DNA of 64,000 nucleotides from an uncultured Holophaga sp. (GCA_963664825.1 OY761614.1:1792001-1856000); one strand, 5' to 3'. Counted from the first letter of the stretch, positions 1 through 9,590 are shown. Program-made: numbers and translations. Notes: generated from the sequence alone by a model not told the origin.

Positions 1-383
1 TCAATCTCACCTACGTTGTGGGCCCCAAGGGCATGATGGAAGTGGGACCCGATGGCAAGGCCAAGCGCCGCTCCGCCCAGGATGTGCCCGTGGTCGCCCA
101 GATGGGGCGCATCATCCAGGCCCTCCTCCAGGGGCGCTGGAGCGCCCTCGACGATTACTTCACCCTGCGGGGGGAGGGGACGGCGGATCGCTGGAAGATC
201 GCCCTGGTCCCCAAGGCCCAGACCGCGGCCTTCCTGAAGGGCGTCCAGGTGAACGGGGGGCGCTTCATCGAGCGCATCCACGTGGATGAGGCCTCCGGCG
301 ATGGCATGGATCTCCTGTTCGAACGGCCCCAGACCCAGGAGCCTCTCTCGGAGGCCGAACTGCGTCTCTTCCGGTTCGAGTAG
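1..383 (+). CDS. LolA-like lipoprotein carrier of aryl-polyene-type cluster (ApeL-like), 5' truncated by window
   Basis: Open frame from window start; C-terminal 'IERIHVDEASGDGMDLLF...LSEAELRLF' resembles LolA-like proteins; lies directly upstream of MMPL gene as in ape clusters. Confidence 0.7.
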   Translation, partial: NLTYVVGPKGMMEVGPDGKAKRRSAQDVPVVAQMGRIIQALLQGRWSALDDYFTLRGEGTADRWKIALVPKAQTAAFLKGVQVNGGRFIERIHVDEASGDGMDLLFERPQTQEPLSEAELRLFRFE

Positions 384-386
384 GCC

Positions 387-2702
387 ATGCGCACCCGGGG
401 ATGGATCTGGACCCTCGCGCTGGCGGGGATGACGGTCTTCAGCGTCTGCCGCCTGGTGCGGGGGCAGGCCATTCAGACCGATCTGCTGGCCATGCTCCCG
501 GAGACGGAGAAGAATCCCGTGGCCGAAGAGGCCGTCAGGTCCCTGGCCAAGGCCACGGGAGAACGGGCCGTCTACCTGCTCCGTGCCGGAGGCCCCGAGC
601 GCAGCAAGGCCGCGGCCCTGCGCATGGCCGAGACGCTGCGGCACTCCGGGGCCTTCCAAGAGGTCACCGCCACCCTGCCCCCCATCGATCCCGGGATGGT
701 CTCGCGTTTCTATGCGCCCTATGCCCCGCGGATTGCTCCCCCGGAGGATGGACTCCGAGCCGATCCGGCCTCCCTCAGGACCCGGATCGAGTCCCGGCTG
801 GCCTCTCCCCAGGGCAGCTTCTCGGGCCTGGGGCCCGGGGCGGACCCCCTGGGCTCCTTCGATGATTTCCTAGGGGGGCTGCCCCTGATGTCCTCGCGGT
901 TGGAGCTGCAGGATGATCTCATGGTCATCCGCGCCCCGGAAGGTCTCTACGTGCTGTTCAGCGGAAGCCTGCGGGGATCGGCCTTCGACCCCGAGGTCCA
1001 GGCCCGAGTGATCGGGGCCACCCGGGCCGCGGAAAAGGAGCTGAGGACCTCGTATCCGGAGGCCCAGATCCTCCGCACGGGGGCCGTCTTCTACGCCGCG
1101 GACGCCCGGACATCGGCGGAGTGGGAGACCAATCTCATCAGCTCCTGTTCCATGATCTCCATCGTCCTGCTCTTCCTCTGGTTTTTCCGCTCCCTGCGCC
1201 ATCTGCTGCTGGGGTTGCTGGGGGTGGCGGCGGGTTTCGTGGCGGCCACCTCCGTCTGCCTGCTGCTCTTCGGCAAGCTCTACCTGCTGACCCTGGTCTG
1301 CGGTGCCAGCGTGATGGGGGTGGCGGTGGACTATTCGTTCCTCTACTTCGCTAATCATCTGGGGGCCGGGGAGGCCTGGAACCCGCGCACCGTCCTGCGT
1401 AGGCTCCTGCCGGCCCTGAGCCTGGGGCTCTTCACCACGCTCCTGGGGTATGCGGCCCTGCTGGTGGCCCCCTTTCCAGGGCTGCGCCAGATCGCCGTCT
1501 TCTGCCTGGTGGGCCTGGTGGCCGCATTCCTGACGGTGCTCTGCATCCTCCCGGATCTGCTGCTCCGTCCCCTTCCCGCGCGTCCCCGGCTCTTCGAGGG
1601 GCTGGACCGCCTGCTGGGCAGGGGCGTGGCCCTGGCCCGCAATGGCAGGGTCCTGCTCGCCCTGGCCGTCCTGGCGATCCTGCTGATCGCTTGTGTGGCC
1701 AGGCTCCGGGCCGATGATGCCGTGAGAGGCCTGATCCAACCCTCCAAGGCCTTGCTGGCCCAGGAATCCCGGATCACCCAGATGACGGGGTTTTCCAATT
1801 CCGGCGTCTTCTTCCTGGTGGAAGGGGCCGATGAGGCCCAGGTCCTGGGGCGGGAAGAGGCCCTCCGGGGGCGGCTGGCGCCCCTGGTCCAGAGGGGTGA
1901 GCTGGAGGGCTTCCAGGCGATCTCCAGCTTCGTGCCCTCCCCCGCGCGCCAGGAGGCGAGTCTTCGGCGCCAGCAGGAACTGGCCCCCCATCTCCGCAAG
2001 GCTCTCGACGCCGTGGGCTTCCGGCCCGAAGTGGCGAAGCGCCTCCAGGACAACCTTGCCTCCTCCCGGCTCCTGACCACGGAAGCCTGGTTCCAGACCC
2101 CCTTCTCCGTGCCATACCGGATGCTCTGGCTGGGCAGGACCCCCCACGGGATGGCCTCCCTGGTCTATCCCACGGGGGCTCCCGAATCGGCCTCCCTGCG
2201 CCAGGCGGCGGCGGGCCTCCCCGGCGTGAGCCTGGTGGACAAGGCCGGCAGTGTCTCCGAACTCCTGGGCCACTACCGCCGCATCGCCAACTGGGCGCTG
2301 GGCGGGGCCATCCTGCTGATCGCCCTGGTGCTGGTCCTCGTCTACGGCCTGCGCTCCGGCCTGGCCGTATTGGTGCCGGCGCTGCTGGCGATCCTCATCG
2401 CCCTGGGGGGGAGCACCCTCACGGGCACGCCGGTCACCCTCTTCAGTGCCCTGGCCCTGATCCTGGTGCTGGGCTTCGCGGTGGACTACACGGTGTTCCT
2501 GAAGGAGGGCGGCCTGCAGGATTCCTCTTCGCTGCTGGGTGTGCAGCTGGCCAGCCTCTCCACGCTGATCTCCTATGGCCTGCTGGCCTTCAGTCATACT
2601 CCCGCCCTGCGGGGCTTCGGCCTCACGGTCGCCCTGGGCGTGCTTTCCTCGGCGTTCCTCTCCTTCCTCGCCCTGGCCCCGGAGTCCAAGCAAACGCCAT
2701 GA
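387..2702 (+). CDS. MMPL-family exporter (ApeM-like)
   Basis: 771 aa, 'IQTDLLAMLP' N-terminus, two TM bundles with 'GVAVDY' and 'GFAVDY' motifs. Confidence 0.85.
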   Translation: MRTRGWIWTLALAGMTVFSVCRLVRGQAIQTDLLAMLPETEKNPVAEEAVRSLAKATGERAVYLLRAGGPERSKAAALRMAETLRHSGAFQEVTATLPPIDPGMVSRFYAPYAPRIAPPEDGLRADPASLRTRIESRLASPQGSFSGLGPGADPLGSFDDFLGGLPLMSSRLELQDDLMVIRAPEGLYVLFSGSLRGSAFDPEVQARVIGATRAAEKELRTSYPEAQILRTGAVFYAADARTSAEWETNLISSCSMISIVLLFLWFFRSLRHLLLGLLGVAAGFVAATSVCLLLFGKLYLLTLVCGASVMGVAVDYSFLYFANHLGAGEAWNPRTVLRRLLPALSLGLFTTLLGYAALLVAPFPGLRQIAVFCLVGLVAAFLTVLCILPDLLLRPLPARPRLFEGLDRLLGRGVALARNGRVLLALAVLAILLIACVARLRADDAVRGLIQPSKALLAQESRITQMTGFSNSGVFFLVEGADEAQVLGREEALRGRLAPLVQRGELEGFQAISSFVPSPARQEASLRRQQELAPHLRKALDAVGFRPEVAKRLQDNLASSRLLTTEAWFQTPFSVPYRMLWLGRTPHGMASLVYPTGAPESASLRQAAAGLPGVSLVDKAGSVSELLGHYRRIANWALGGAILLIALVLVLVYGLRSGLAVLVPALLAILIALGGSTLTGTPVTLFSALALILVLGFAVDYTVFLKEGGLQDSSSLLGVQLASLSTLISYGLLAFSHTPALRGFGLTVALGVLSSAFLSFLALAPESKQTP

Positions 2703-3247
2703 GATTTCTCCGCTTCTTCCCCCTGATCGGGCTCCTCCTCCTGGGGGGCTGCCGCAATCCTGGTTCCGGCCCCCTCATGCTGGGCCGGGGTGTTTCCTTC
2801 GTGCTGCGCGCGCCTGCGGAAGGGCCCCGGCTCTTCTCGACCCGGGAGGTGCTCTTCCGCCTGCCCGGGGGCCAGGAGGAACGCCTGATCACCTCCTTGG
2901 AAAACGATGGAGAGCGCCTGAGCATCGTCTGCTCGAGCCCCATGGGGATGACCCTCTTCATCGTCCAACTCCGCCAGGGGCTCGTCACGGTGGATGCCCG
3001 CGTGCCCCTGCCCAAGGCCCTGGACCCCCGCCTCCTGCCGGCCCTGATCCAGCTCTCCGAATGGCCCCTGGAGGATCTGCGCAGGGGCCTCAACCCCGAG
3101 GCCTCCCTGGACGAGGAGGGCCCCCAGCGCATCCTCCGCCGGAAGGGGAAGATCCTCCTCATCCTAAAGAGGGAGGGGGCCCGCCGGACCACCCTGGAGA
3201 TCCCTTCCGTATCCATGAGCGCCGTCATCACTTCCCTCGATGAATGA
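2699..3247 (+). CDS. DUF3261-like lipoprotein (ApeN-like)
   Basis: Lipobox LLLGGC; 'LIQLSEWP' motif; ATGA overlap with MMPL gene. Confidence 0.7.
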   Translation: MRFLRFFPLIGLLLLGGCRNPGSGPLMLGRGVSFVLRAPAEGPRLFSTREVLFRLPGGQEERLITSLENDGERLSIVCSSPMGMTLFIVQLRQGLVTVDARVPLPKALDPRLLPALIQLSEWPLEDLRRGLNPEASLDEEGPQRILRRKGKILLILKREGARRTTLEIPSVSMSAVITSLDE

Positions 3248-3324
3248 GGGCCCCGGCGGCTCATGGTAATTTTAATCCAGGAAGGGCTTGGGACAATCTC
3301 GTCCCGGGTCCATGGAGAACCGCA

Positions 3325-3771
3325 GTGACGCATCCCAGTGCAGCGCAAAATGATCTTTGGGAGCCCCTGGACTTGGTCCTTCATCGGCCTCCCATGCTCC
3401 TGCTGGAGGGCGTCCAGGAGGTCACCGAAGATAAATGCGTTGCGCAGGTGCGGGTGGATGGCCAGGCCTGGTACGCCCAACCGGATGGCGCCATGCCGGG
3501 CTGGTTCGGCATCGAGCTGATGGCCCAGACCATCGCCGTCTTCAGCGGAGTGCGCAAGCGCGAGGTGGGCGCGGCACCCAGGCTGGGCTTTCTCCTGGGG
3601 ACCCAGCGTCTGGAGTGCAGCATGGCCGCGTTTCCCGCCGGGGCCCTCCTCGAGGTCTCGGCCCAGCTCTGCTACCTCGACGAATCAGGACTCAGCGCCT
3701 TCACGTGTGAGATCCACCATCTCGGGAAGTCCGTGTCCAAGGCCACACTCAAGACCTACGAGCAGCCATGA
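3325..3771 (+). CDS. Hotdog-fold 3-hydroxyacyl-ACP dehydratase (ApeP-like)
   Basis: 'HRPPMLLL' and 'WFGIELMAQ' motifs, 'GFLLGT'; GTG start at 3325 after GGAG (alternative ATG 3244). Confidence 0.85.
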   Translation: MTHPSAAQNDLWEPLDLVLHRPPMLLLEGVQEVTEDKCVAQVRVDGQAWYAQPDGAMPGWFGIELMAQTIAVFSGVRKREVGAAPRLGFLLGTQRLECSMAAFPAGALLEVSAQLCYLDESGLSAFTCEIHHLGKSVSKATLKTYEQP

Positions 3772-4514
3772 TTCCAGCGACCCACCCATCCCCTAGACGA
3801 GTCCTGGTCACAGGCGCCACGGGCAGCATCGGGGGGGCCATCGCCTCCCAGTTGGCCAGGGATGGCTTTCATGTCACGGTCCACTGCCGGAGCCGTGTGC
3901 AGGAGGCAGAGGCCCTGCGGGACGAGATCGTGGCTCGGGGCGGCCTGGCCGATGTGATCGCCTTCGATGTGGCGGACCGGGCCCAGGCCCGAGCCTGCCT
4001 CGAAGAACGCATCGCAGCCGCGGGGCCTTATTACGGAGTCGTCTGCAACGCCGGCATCACCCGGGATAACGCCTTTCCCGCTTTGACCGACGAGGACTGG
4101 GATCTGGTCCTGCGGACGGATCTGGATGGCTTCTTCAATGTGGTCCAGCCCCTCATGATGCCCCTGATCCGCACCCGCCAGGGTGGCCGGATCGTCTGCA
4201 TCTCCTCGGTCTCGGGCGTGACCGGCAACCGGGGGCAGGTCAACTACAGTGCGGCCAAGGCCGGGCTCATCGGCGCGGCCAAGGCCCTGGCCGTCGAGCT
4301 GGCCGGTCGCGGCATCACCGTCAATAGCATCGCGCCCGGGCTGATCGCCTCCGAGATGCTCGATGCGGTGACGCTGGAGCGCGCCCTGCAGGTGGTCCCA
4401 ATGAACCGGGTGGGGGCTCCTGCGGATGTGGCGACCCTGGTAGGCTTTCTCTTTTCCGATGCTGCCAACTACATCACCCGCCAGGTGATCGGCGTCAATG
4501 GGGGGATGGTGTGA
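3768..4514 (+). CDS. fabG: 3-oxoacyl-ACP reductase (ApeQ-like)
   Basis: TGATGSIG, NAGITRD, GQVNYSAAK (YxxxK) SDR motifs. Confidence 0.92.
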   Translation: MIPATHPSPRRVLVTGATGSIGGAIASQLARDGFHVTVHCRSRVQEAEALRDEIVARGGLADVIAFDVADRAQARACLEERIAAAGPYYGVVCNAGITRDNAFPALTDEDWDLVLRTDLDGFFNVVQPLMMPLIRTRQGGRIVCISSVSGVTGNRGQVNYSAAKAGLIGAAKALAVELAGRGITVNSIAPGLIASEMLDAVTLERALQVVPMNRVGAPADVATLVGFLFSDAANYITRQVIGVNGGMV

Positions 4515-5740
4515 ATCGGCGCGTGGTCGTTACGGGAATGGGGGGAGTCACCGCCCTGGGGGATAGCTGGGAAGCTATCGAGGCCAATCTCAGGGCGGGC
4601 CGGAATGCCGTGCGCTACATGCCCGAATGGGAAAAGTTTGGGGATCTCCAGACACGGCTGGGAGTTCCCGTGGACCACTTCCAGGTGCCAGCCCATTATC
4701 CGCGGAAGAGCATCCGGTCCATGGGCCGGGTGGCCATGTTGGGGGTCCGAGCCACGGAGCTGGCCCTGGAGGATGCGGGTCTCCTGGGGGATCCCTCCAT
4801 CCAGGATGGCCGCTTGGGCGTGGCGTACGGCTCCTCCTCCGGCAGCCTGGAACCCATGCTGGCCCTGGGGACTGGGGTGGCGACGGGGAATTTCCGGGGC
4901 ATCAGCGCCACCAGCTACATCCAATCCATGAGCCACACCGCTGCGGTCAATATCGGCGTCTTCTTCGGCCTGAAGGGCCGGGTGATCCCCACCAGCAGCG
5001 CCTGCACCTCCAGCAGTCAGGCCATTGGATACGCCTTCGAAGCCATCCGCTATGGGAAGCAGGACATGATGGTGGCCGGTGGATGCGACGAGCTCAGCTT
5101 CTGCCACGCGGCCGTCTTCGATACGCTCTTCGCCACCAGTCTCAAGAACGAGGCCCCAGCCACCTCCCCCCGGCCCTTCGACCGGGACCGGGATGGCCTG
5201 GTGCTGGGCGAAGGGGGCTGCACCTTCATCCTGGAGGAGCGGGAGCATGCCCTTGCCCGGGGGGCCCGGATCTACGCCGAGGTCATCGGGTTCGGCACCA
5301 ATTCCGATGGGGCCCATATCACCCAGCCCCAGGCGGAGACCATGGCCGTCACCTTGAGTTTGGCCCTGCGGGATGCCGGGATTTCCCCCGATGCCATCGG
5401 CTGGGTCAATGCCCATGGCACAGCCACTGAGCACGGGGATATCGCCGAGAGTCACGCCACCCGCGGGACCTTCCAGCGGGCCGTGCCCATCTCTTCCCTC
5501 AAGAGCTTCTTCGGCCACGCCCTGGGCGCCTGCGGCTCCATCGAAGCCTGGCTGGGCATCATGATGCTGCGCACGGGTTGGGTGGCCCCGAACCTGAATC
5601 TCACGCATCTGGACCCCCGATGCGCCGAACTGGACTACATCCAGGGTCCTGGGCGCGCCCTGGACTGCGACGTCTTCATGAGCAACAACTTCGCCTTCGG
5701 AGGCATCAACACCTCTTTGATCTTCCGCTGCGAAAAGTGA
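4511..5740 (+). CDS. Beta-ketoacyl-ACP synthase (ApeR-like)
   Basis: TSSACTS catalytic Cys, NAHGT, GHALGA, SNNFAFGG. Confidence 0.92.
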   Translation: MNRRVVVTGMGGVTALGDSWEAIEANLRAGRNAVRYMPEWEKFGDLQTRLGVPVDHFQVPAHYPRKSIRSMGRVAMLGVRATELALEDAGLLGDPSIQDGRLGVAYGSSSGSLEPMLALGTGVATGNFRGISATSYIQSMSHTAAVNIGVFFGLKGRVIPTSSACTSSSQAIGYAFEAIRYGKQDMMVAGGCDELSFCHAAVFDTLFATSLKNEAPATSPRPFDRDRDGLVLGEGGCTFILEEREHALARGARIYAEVIGFGTNSDGAHITQPQAETMAVTLSLALRDAGISPDAIGWVNAHGTATEHGDIAESHATRGTFQRAVPISSLKSFFGHALGACGSIEAWLGIMMLRTGWVAPNLNLTHLDPRCAELDYIQGPGRALDCDVFMSNNFAFGGINTSLIFRCEK

Positions 5741-5746
5741 TCTGAT

Positions 5747-6964
5747 ATGCCGAGGCGCGTCGCTGTCACCGGGATGGGGATCATCTCCTGCCTCGGGAAC
5801 CGCCTGGAGATCGTCTCAGAGGCCCTCTCCATGGGGCGCTCCGGGATCCGCGGGATGCCGGATTGGCGGGCCCTGGGCCTGCTCTCCTGTGTGGCGGGGG
5901 TGCCAGATCTGGCCGGGGAAGCAGCCATCGACCGGAAGCTCCACCGCTTCATGGGCGATTCGGCCACCTATGCCTACCATGCGATGCGCCATGCCATCGC
6001 CCATGCGGGCTTGGCGCCTGAAAGCCTCTCGCATCCCCGCACGGGCTTGATCCTCGGCGCAGGCGTCGGATCCCTCTTCAATCACGCCAAGACCATGACC
6101 ACCTTTCATTCCAGGGGCATGAAGTGCGTTCCCCCATACGCTGTGCCCAAGATCATGGGCAACACCGCATCGGCGGCCCTGGCCACGGCCTTCCGCATCA
6201 AGGGGATGAGCCTGACCATTTCGTCGGCCTGCGCCAGTTCCGCCCATGCCATCGGTGCCGGGGCCGAGCAGATTCTCCTGGGGAAGCAGGACATCGTATT
6301 CGTGGGGGGCGCCGAGGAGGTCTGCTGGACGACCTCCGTGGGCTTCGACGCCATGGGAGCCCTCTCCACGGCTTGCAACGACGCTCCTGAAACTGCGTCC
6401 CGCCCCTACGATCTTTCCAGGGACGGGTTCGTGCTTGCGGGGGGGGCAGGCGTCCTGGTGCTTGAGGACTGGGCTCACGCCGAAGCCCGGGGAGCCTCCA
6501 TTCATGCCGAGTTGCTGGGATACGGGGCCTGCTCCGATGGGAACGACATGGTGTCCCCATCTTCGGAGGGGGCGGCTCGCTCCATGCGCCTTGCCCTCGA
6601 CCAGGCGGGGCTCGCTAGCGTCGGCTACGTCAATACCCACGCCACGTCCACCCAGGCCGGGGATATCGCCGAAGTGCGGGCCTTGATGGAAGTCTTCGGG
6701 AAAAACATCCCCCTCTTTTCATCGACGAAGGGTCTCTCGGGACATCCCATCGGCGCTTCCGGTGTCCACGAGGCGATCTATTCCATCCTGATGATGAACC
6801 AGGGCTTCCTAGCTGGGGCAGCCAACGTGACGACACTGGATCCGCTTCTGGAGGGTCTGCCGCTGGTGCGCGAAACGGTGAGGGCAGACATCGGGTCCTT
6901 CCTGACCAATAGCTTCGGCTTCGGCGGCACCAATGCCAGCCTCGTTTTCGGGCGGGAAACCTAG
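5747..6964 (+). CDS. fabB: Beta-ketoacyl-ACP synthase I (FabB-like)
   Basis: ISSACASS, NTHATST, STKGLSGH, NSFGFGGTN; 'RFMGD' and 'PYAVPK' are FabB-like. Confidence 0.85.
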   Translation: MPRRVAVTGMGIISCLGNRLEIVSEALSMGRSGIRGMPDWRALGLLSCVAGVPDLAGEAAIDRKLHRFMGDSATYAYHAMRHAIAHAGLAPESLSHPRTGLILGAGVGSLFNHAKTMTTFHSRGMKCVPPYAVPKIMGNTASAALATAFRIKGMSLTISSACASSAHAIGAGAEQILLGKQDIVFVGGAEEVCWTTSVGFDAMGALSTACNDAPETASRPYDLSRDGFVLAGGAGVLVLEDWAHAEARGASIHAELLGYGACSDGNDMVSPSSEGAARSMRLALDQAGLASVGYVNTHATSTQAGDIAEVRALMEVFGKNIPLFSSTKGLSGHPIGASGVHEAIYSILMMNQGFLAGAANVTTLDPLLEGLPLVRETVRADIGSFLTNSFGFGGTNASLVFGRET

Positions 6965-6989
6965 GCGTGTCCGTCGCCACAATGGAATT

Positions 6990-8504
6990 TTATTCCACGA
7001 GGGTCGACAGTCCTTGTCTCGTTTTCTGGAACACGGGCAGATAGACCCGGAAGGTGCTGCCGTGGCCCAGCCTGCTCTCGACGGTCAGGGCCCCGCCATA
7101 AGCCTGGATTGCGCCGAGAACCACGGGCAGACCCAGCCCCCGACCGGCGAATTTGGTAGTGAAGAAGGGGTCGAATAGCTTTTCCATATCCGCCTCTGCG
7201 ACCCCGCTTCCGCTATCAGAAACTTCCAGGTAGGCGTATTGGGTCTCCTCCGGCTTCCAGCAGACAGGGAATCGATGGGCTTCCGGGATGTCTGTGGCCG
7301 AGCAGGTCCTGAGGCCCACGCGAAGGCTTCCCGGGGCATCCCCCAGGGCCTCCCGGGCGTTGACGAGCAGGTTCATCAGGACCCGCTGTATCTGATCTGT
7401 GCTGGCGATGACCACCGGACCAGGGGGCGGGCAATCCGCTTCCAGCTTCACGGTGCTGGGCAGGGTCCCCCGGAGGAGATGCAGGCTGGCTTGGCAGATC
7501 TCGGCCAGGTCGCAGGGTTCTTGTTGGGCATTGGTCTGTCCAAGGTAGACCCGCATCAGGTTGCTCACCTCCGCAGCCCTTTCGCAGGCCCCCTTGGCCA
7601 TGGTCAGGTATTTGGTGGGGTCTGAACCCCGTGGAAGTTCCTCCAGCAGCTCCAGGCTCGCCATCATCATCTGGAGCTGATTATTGAAGAGATGGGCGAT
7701 GGCTCCTGCCATGCGGCCCAGGCTTTCGGACTTTTGGAGTTGCCGGTTCTCGGCCTCCATGCGCCTGTGTTCGCTGATGTCGCTCACCATGAGGTGGTAG
7801 GCCCCAGGCTCCCTTGCGAGGGCCATATCGAGATGGGCCCAGAAGGGTGTGCCGTCCGCCTTCACCATGCGCAGTTCGCAAGACTGAGGGGCCTTGCTCT
7901 CCAGAAGCTGTTGGCGCCCCAGGAGGTAAAGGCCTTGATCCTCGGGAGCAATGAATTGGGAGATCGTGCGCATGACCAGCCCAGTCTCCCCCACCCCCAG
8001 CAGGGTGGTCGTCGTGAGGTTGGCCTCGAGGATAAGGTCCCGTTCATTAAGGCTGCAATAGCCGATGGGGGCCCGATCATAGAGATCGAAATAGCGGGAC
8101 CTCGTGGTTTTAAGTTCCACTTCCGTTCGGCGCAAGGCCTCGTTTTGTGCCTCCAGTTCGACCTGGCGCACGCGCAGCTCGTGGATGACCTGCTGGGTGG
8201 CTTCGGGGGACATGGCCTCACAGAGATCCAGCAGGGCCTCCAACCGGATGCGCTCCTCGGCCTGCCAGCGTTCCTGGGTCCCATCCCTCCGTTCTTGCGA
8301 CGGGGGTGTCTTAAGGGCCACGTTATCCTGGGGGCTGAAGACCTGGAGAGATGGTGGACACGCGCGGAGCATGCTCAGGGTCTCGCCCTTGCGCCGATGC
8401 TTCGTTCGGCGACGTTCGCCTGAGCTCCGGCGCTCCTCCAAGCGCCTCCGTTCACCGAATCCCTGGCGCTTGAGGTCCTCGCCCTCGCTGGGGGACTGGA
8501 TCAT
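6990..8504 (-). CDS. PAS-domain sensor histidine kinase (CckA-like) with Arg-rich N-terminus
   Basis: 'YFDLYDRAPIGY' PAS; 'LGRMAGAIAHLFNN' H-box; NLLVNA, DSGSG, FDPFFTTK, GRGLGL. Confidence 0.88.
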   Translation of the reverse strand: MIQSPSEGEDLKRQGFGERRRLEERRSSGERRRTKHRRKGETLSMLRACPPSLQVFSPQDNVALKTPPSQERRDGTQERWQAEERIRLEALLDLCEAMSPEATQQVIHELRVRQVELEAQNEALRRTEVELKTTRSRYFDLYDRAPIGYCSLNERDLILEANLTTTTLLGVGETGLVMRTISQFIAPEDQGLYLLGRQQLLESKAPQSCELRMVKADGTPFWAHLDMALAREPGAYHLMVSDISEHRRMEAENRQLQKSESLGRMAGAIAHLFNNQLQMMMASLELLEELPRGSDPTKYLTMAKGACERAAEVSNLMRVYLGQTNAQQEPCDLAEICQASLHLLRGTLPSTVKLEADCPPPGPVVIASTDQIQRVLMNLLVNAREALGDAPGSLRVGLRTCSATDIPEAHRFPVCWKPEETQYAYLEVSDSGSGVAEADMEKLFDPFFTTKFAGRGLGLPVVLGAIQAYGGALTVESRLGHGSTFRVYLPVFQKTRQGLSTLVE

Positions 8505-8791
8505 GGCGTCCTCCGAATCTGCCTTGGCTCGCCGTCGACCTGGAATTACGTTTGAAGTGCAGGGCTCACATCATAGTCCCAAATCCGAGCAAGCCCATAC
8601 AGGTTCTCCTCTGGTAGTGGGTCAGTTTGGAAATACTTCCTGGTTGGTCCTCTGCTATACAACAAAGTCGACCCTGGCCCAGGGGTGTCTTGTTGTGTGC
8701 AGCAAAAGTCATACGGCGAAATACGTCAGATTGTTTTTGTCTCGTCTTGACTTGGGACAAAATGGTCCGACAATGATGGTTGAGGTGGACC

Positions 8792-9196
8792 ATGGACCCA
8801 CGACAGTTTGAAGCATTGGAGGCAGCAATTCGTTTCAAGATTGCTGCGGAGCAGGTAGCTCTTGAAGCAAAAGCTAAGGAAGATGCAGCCGCAAAAGAGT
8901 ACCAAAAGATCCGGACTGAACTTCTTGCTGGGTCGGCAGGACAACTTCCGTTAGAACCGCTCTCTGGTGAGTTGGGGCCATCCCCGGCCACACCGGATAG
9001 GTCTGTCATCCGCAATGTGGCTGGATACTTTGAAACCCATGTCGGCCATGACGTTCGGATTGAAGAAATTTCCGAACACCTCGGTGGGGTCCCCGCTAGC
9101 AGTGTTCGAAGTGCTCTCTCTCGTCTTGTTGCACTGAACAAGATCAAAAAAGTAGGGAGAGGAACGTATGTTTCACTAACCGGAGGTTCTGCATGA
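8792..9196 (+). CDS. Hypothetical protein, N-terminal coiled coil + C-terminal winged helix-turn-helix
   Basis: GAGGTGG RBS before ATG 8792; 'IEEISEHL...SVRSALSRLV...IKKVGRGTY' wHTH pattern; lower-GC codon usage. Confidence 0.65.
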   Translation: MDPRQFEALEAAIRFKIAAEQVALEAKAKEDAAAKEYQKIRTELLAGSAGQLPLEPLSGELGPSPATPDRSVIRNVAGYFETHVGHDVRIEEISEHLGGVPASSVRSALSRLVALNKIKKVGRGTYVSLTGGSA

Positions 9197-9292
9197 AGTT
9201 ACTGTGAGGCCGATGGACGGCGGCCAGCATCAATACGAAAACGGCCAGGGAGTGGGATCCCTGGCGCGTTCGTACTGTTTAACCATCATGTC

Positions 9293-9372
9293 GGGAGGAG
9301 TGCCCCCCATTCTTGTGTCTAAAGTGTAGGGCGCTCCTCCCATGTCTGCAACAAAAACCTCAACATGGGAGG
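9293..9372 (+). promoter_or_regulatory. Mutually exclusive hairpins controlling the RBS of the 47-aa ORF
   Basis: 9293-9305 pairs with 9329-9341 (13 bp, one G-U); 9336-9345 pairs perfectly with 9363-9372, which contains the SD GGGAGG. Confidence 0.55.
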
Positions 9373-9378
9373 TGGCCT

Positions 9379-9522
9379 ATGGCTTACCGTTTCAAGCCCC
9401 CTGACGACAAAGACGGATGGTGTCTGATTTTCAGAATGACCATCACTGACCCAAGGACTGGGCAGAGCAGGCGTCGTCCCAACGGACGACCTTGGCCGAT
9501 CTGGGTCAAGAATACACAGTAG
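9379..9522 (+). CDS. Small basic hypothetical protein (47 aa, MAYRFKPPDD...WPIWVKNTQ)
   Basis: Strong SD GGGAGGT 5 nt before ATG; followed by terminator hairpin. Confidence 0.6.
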   Translation: MAYRFKPPDDKDGWCLIFRMTITDPRTGQSRRRPNGRPWPIWVKNTQ

Positions 9523-9534
9523 TTTGTAAGTCCA

Positions 9535-9571
9535 GAGAGGGGCGAGTGTTGACTCGCCCCTCTCAACTTTT
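9535..9571. terminator. Intrinsic terminator between convergent genes
   Basis: 13-bp perfect stem GAGAGGGGCGAGT/ACTCGCCCCTCTC, 4-nt loop, then AACTTTT. Confidence 0.75.
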
Positions 9572-9590
9572 GTCCGTGAAGAGCCTTTAT

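Noticed and set aside
8566..9147. 193-aa minus-strand ORF
   Set aside because: Antisense to the wHTH gene, which has the RBS and a recognisable pattern
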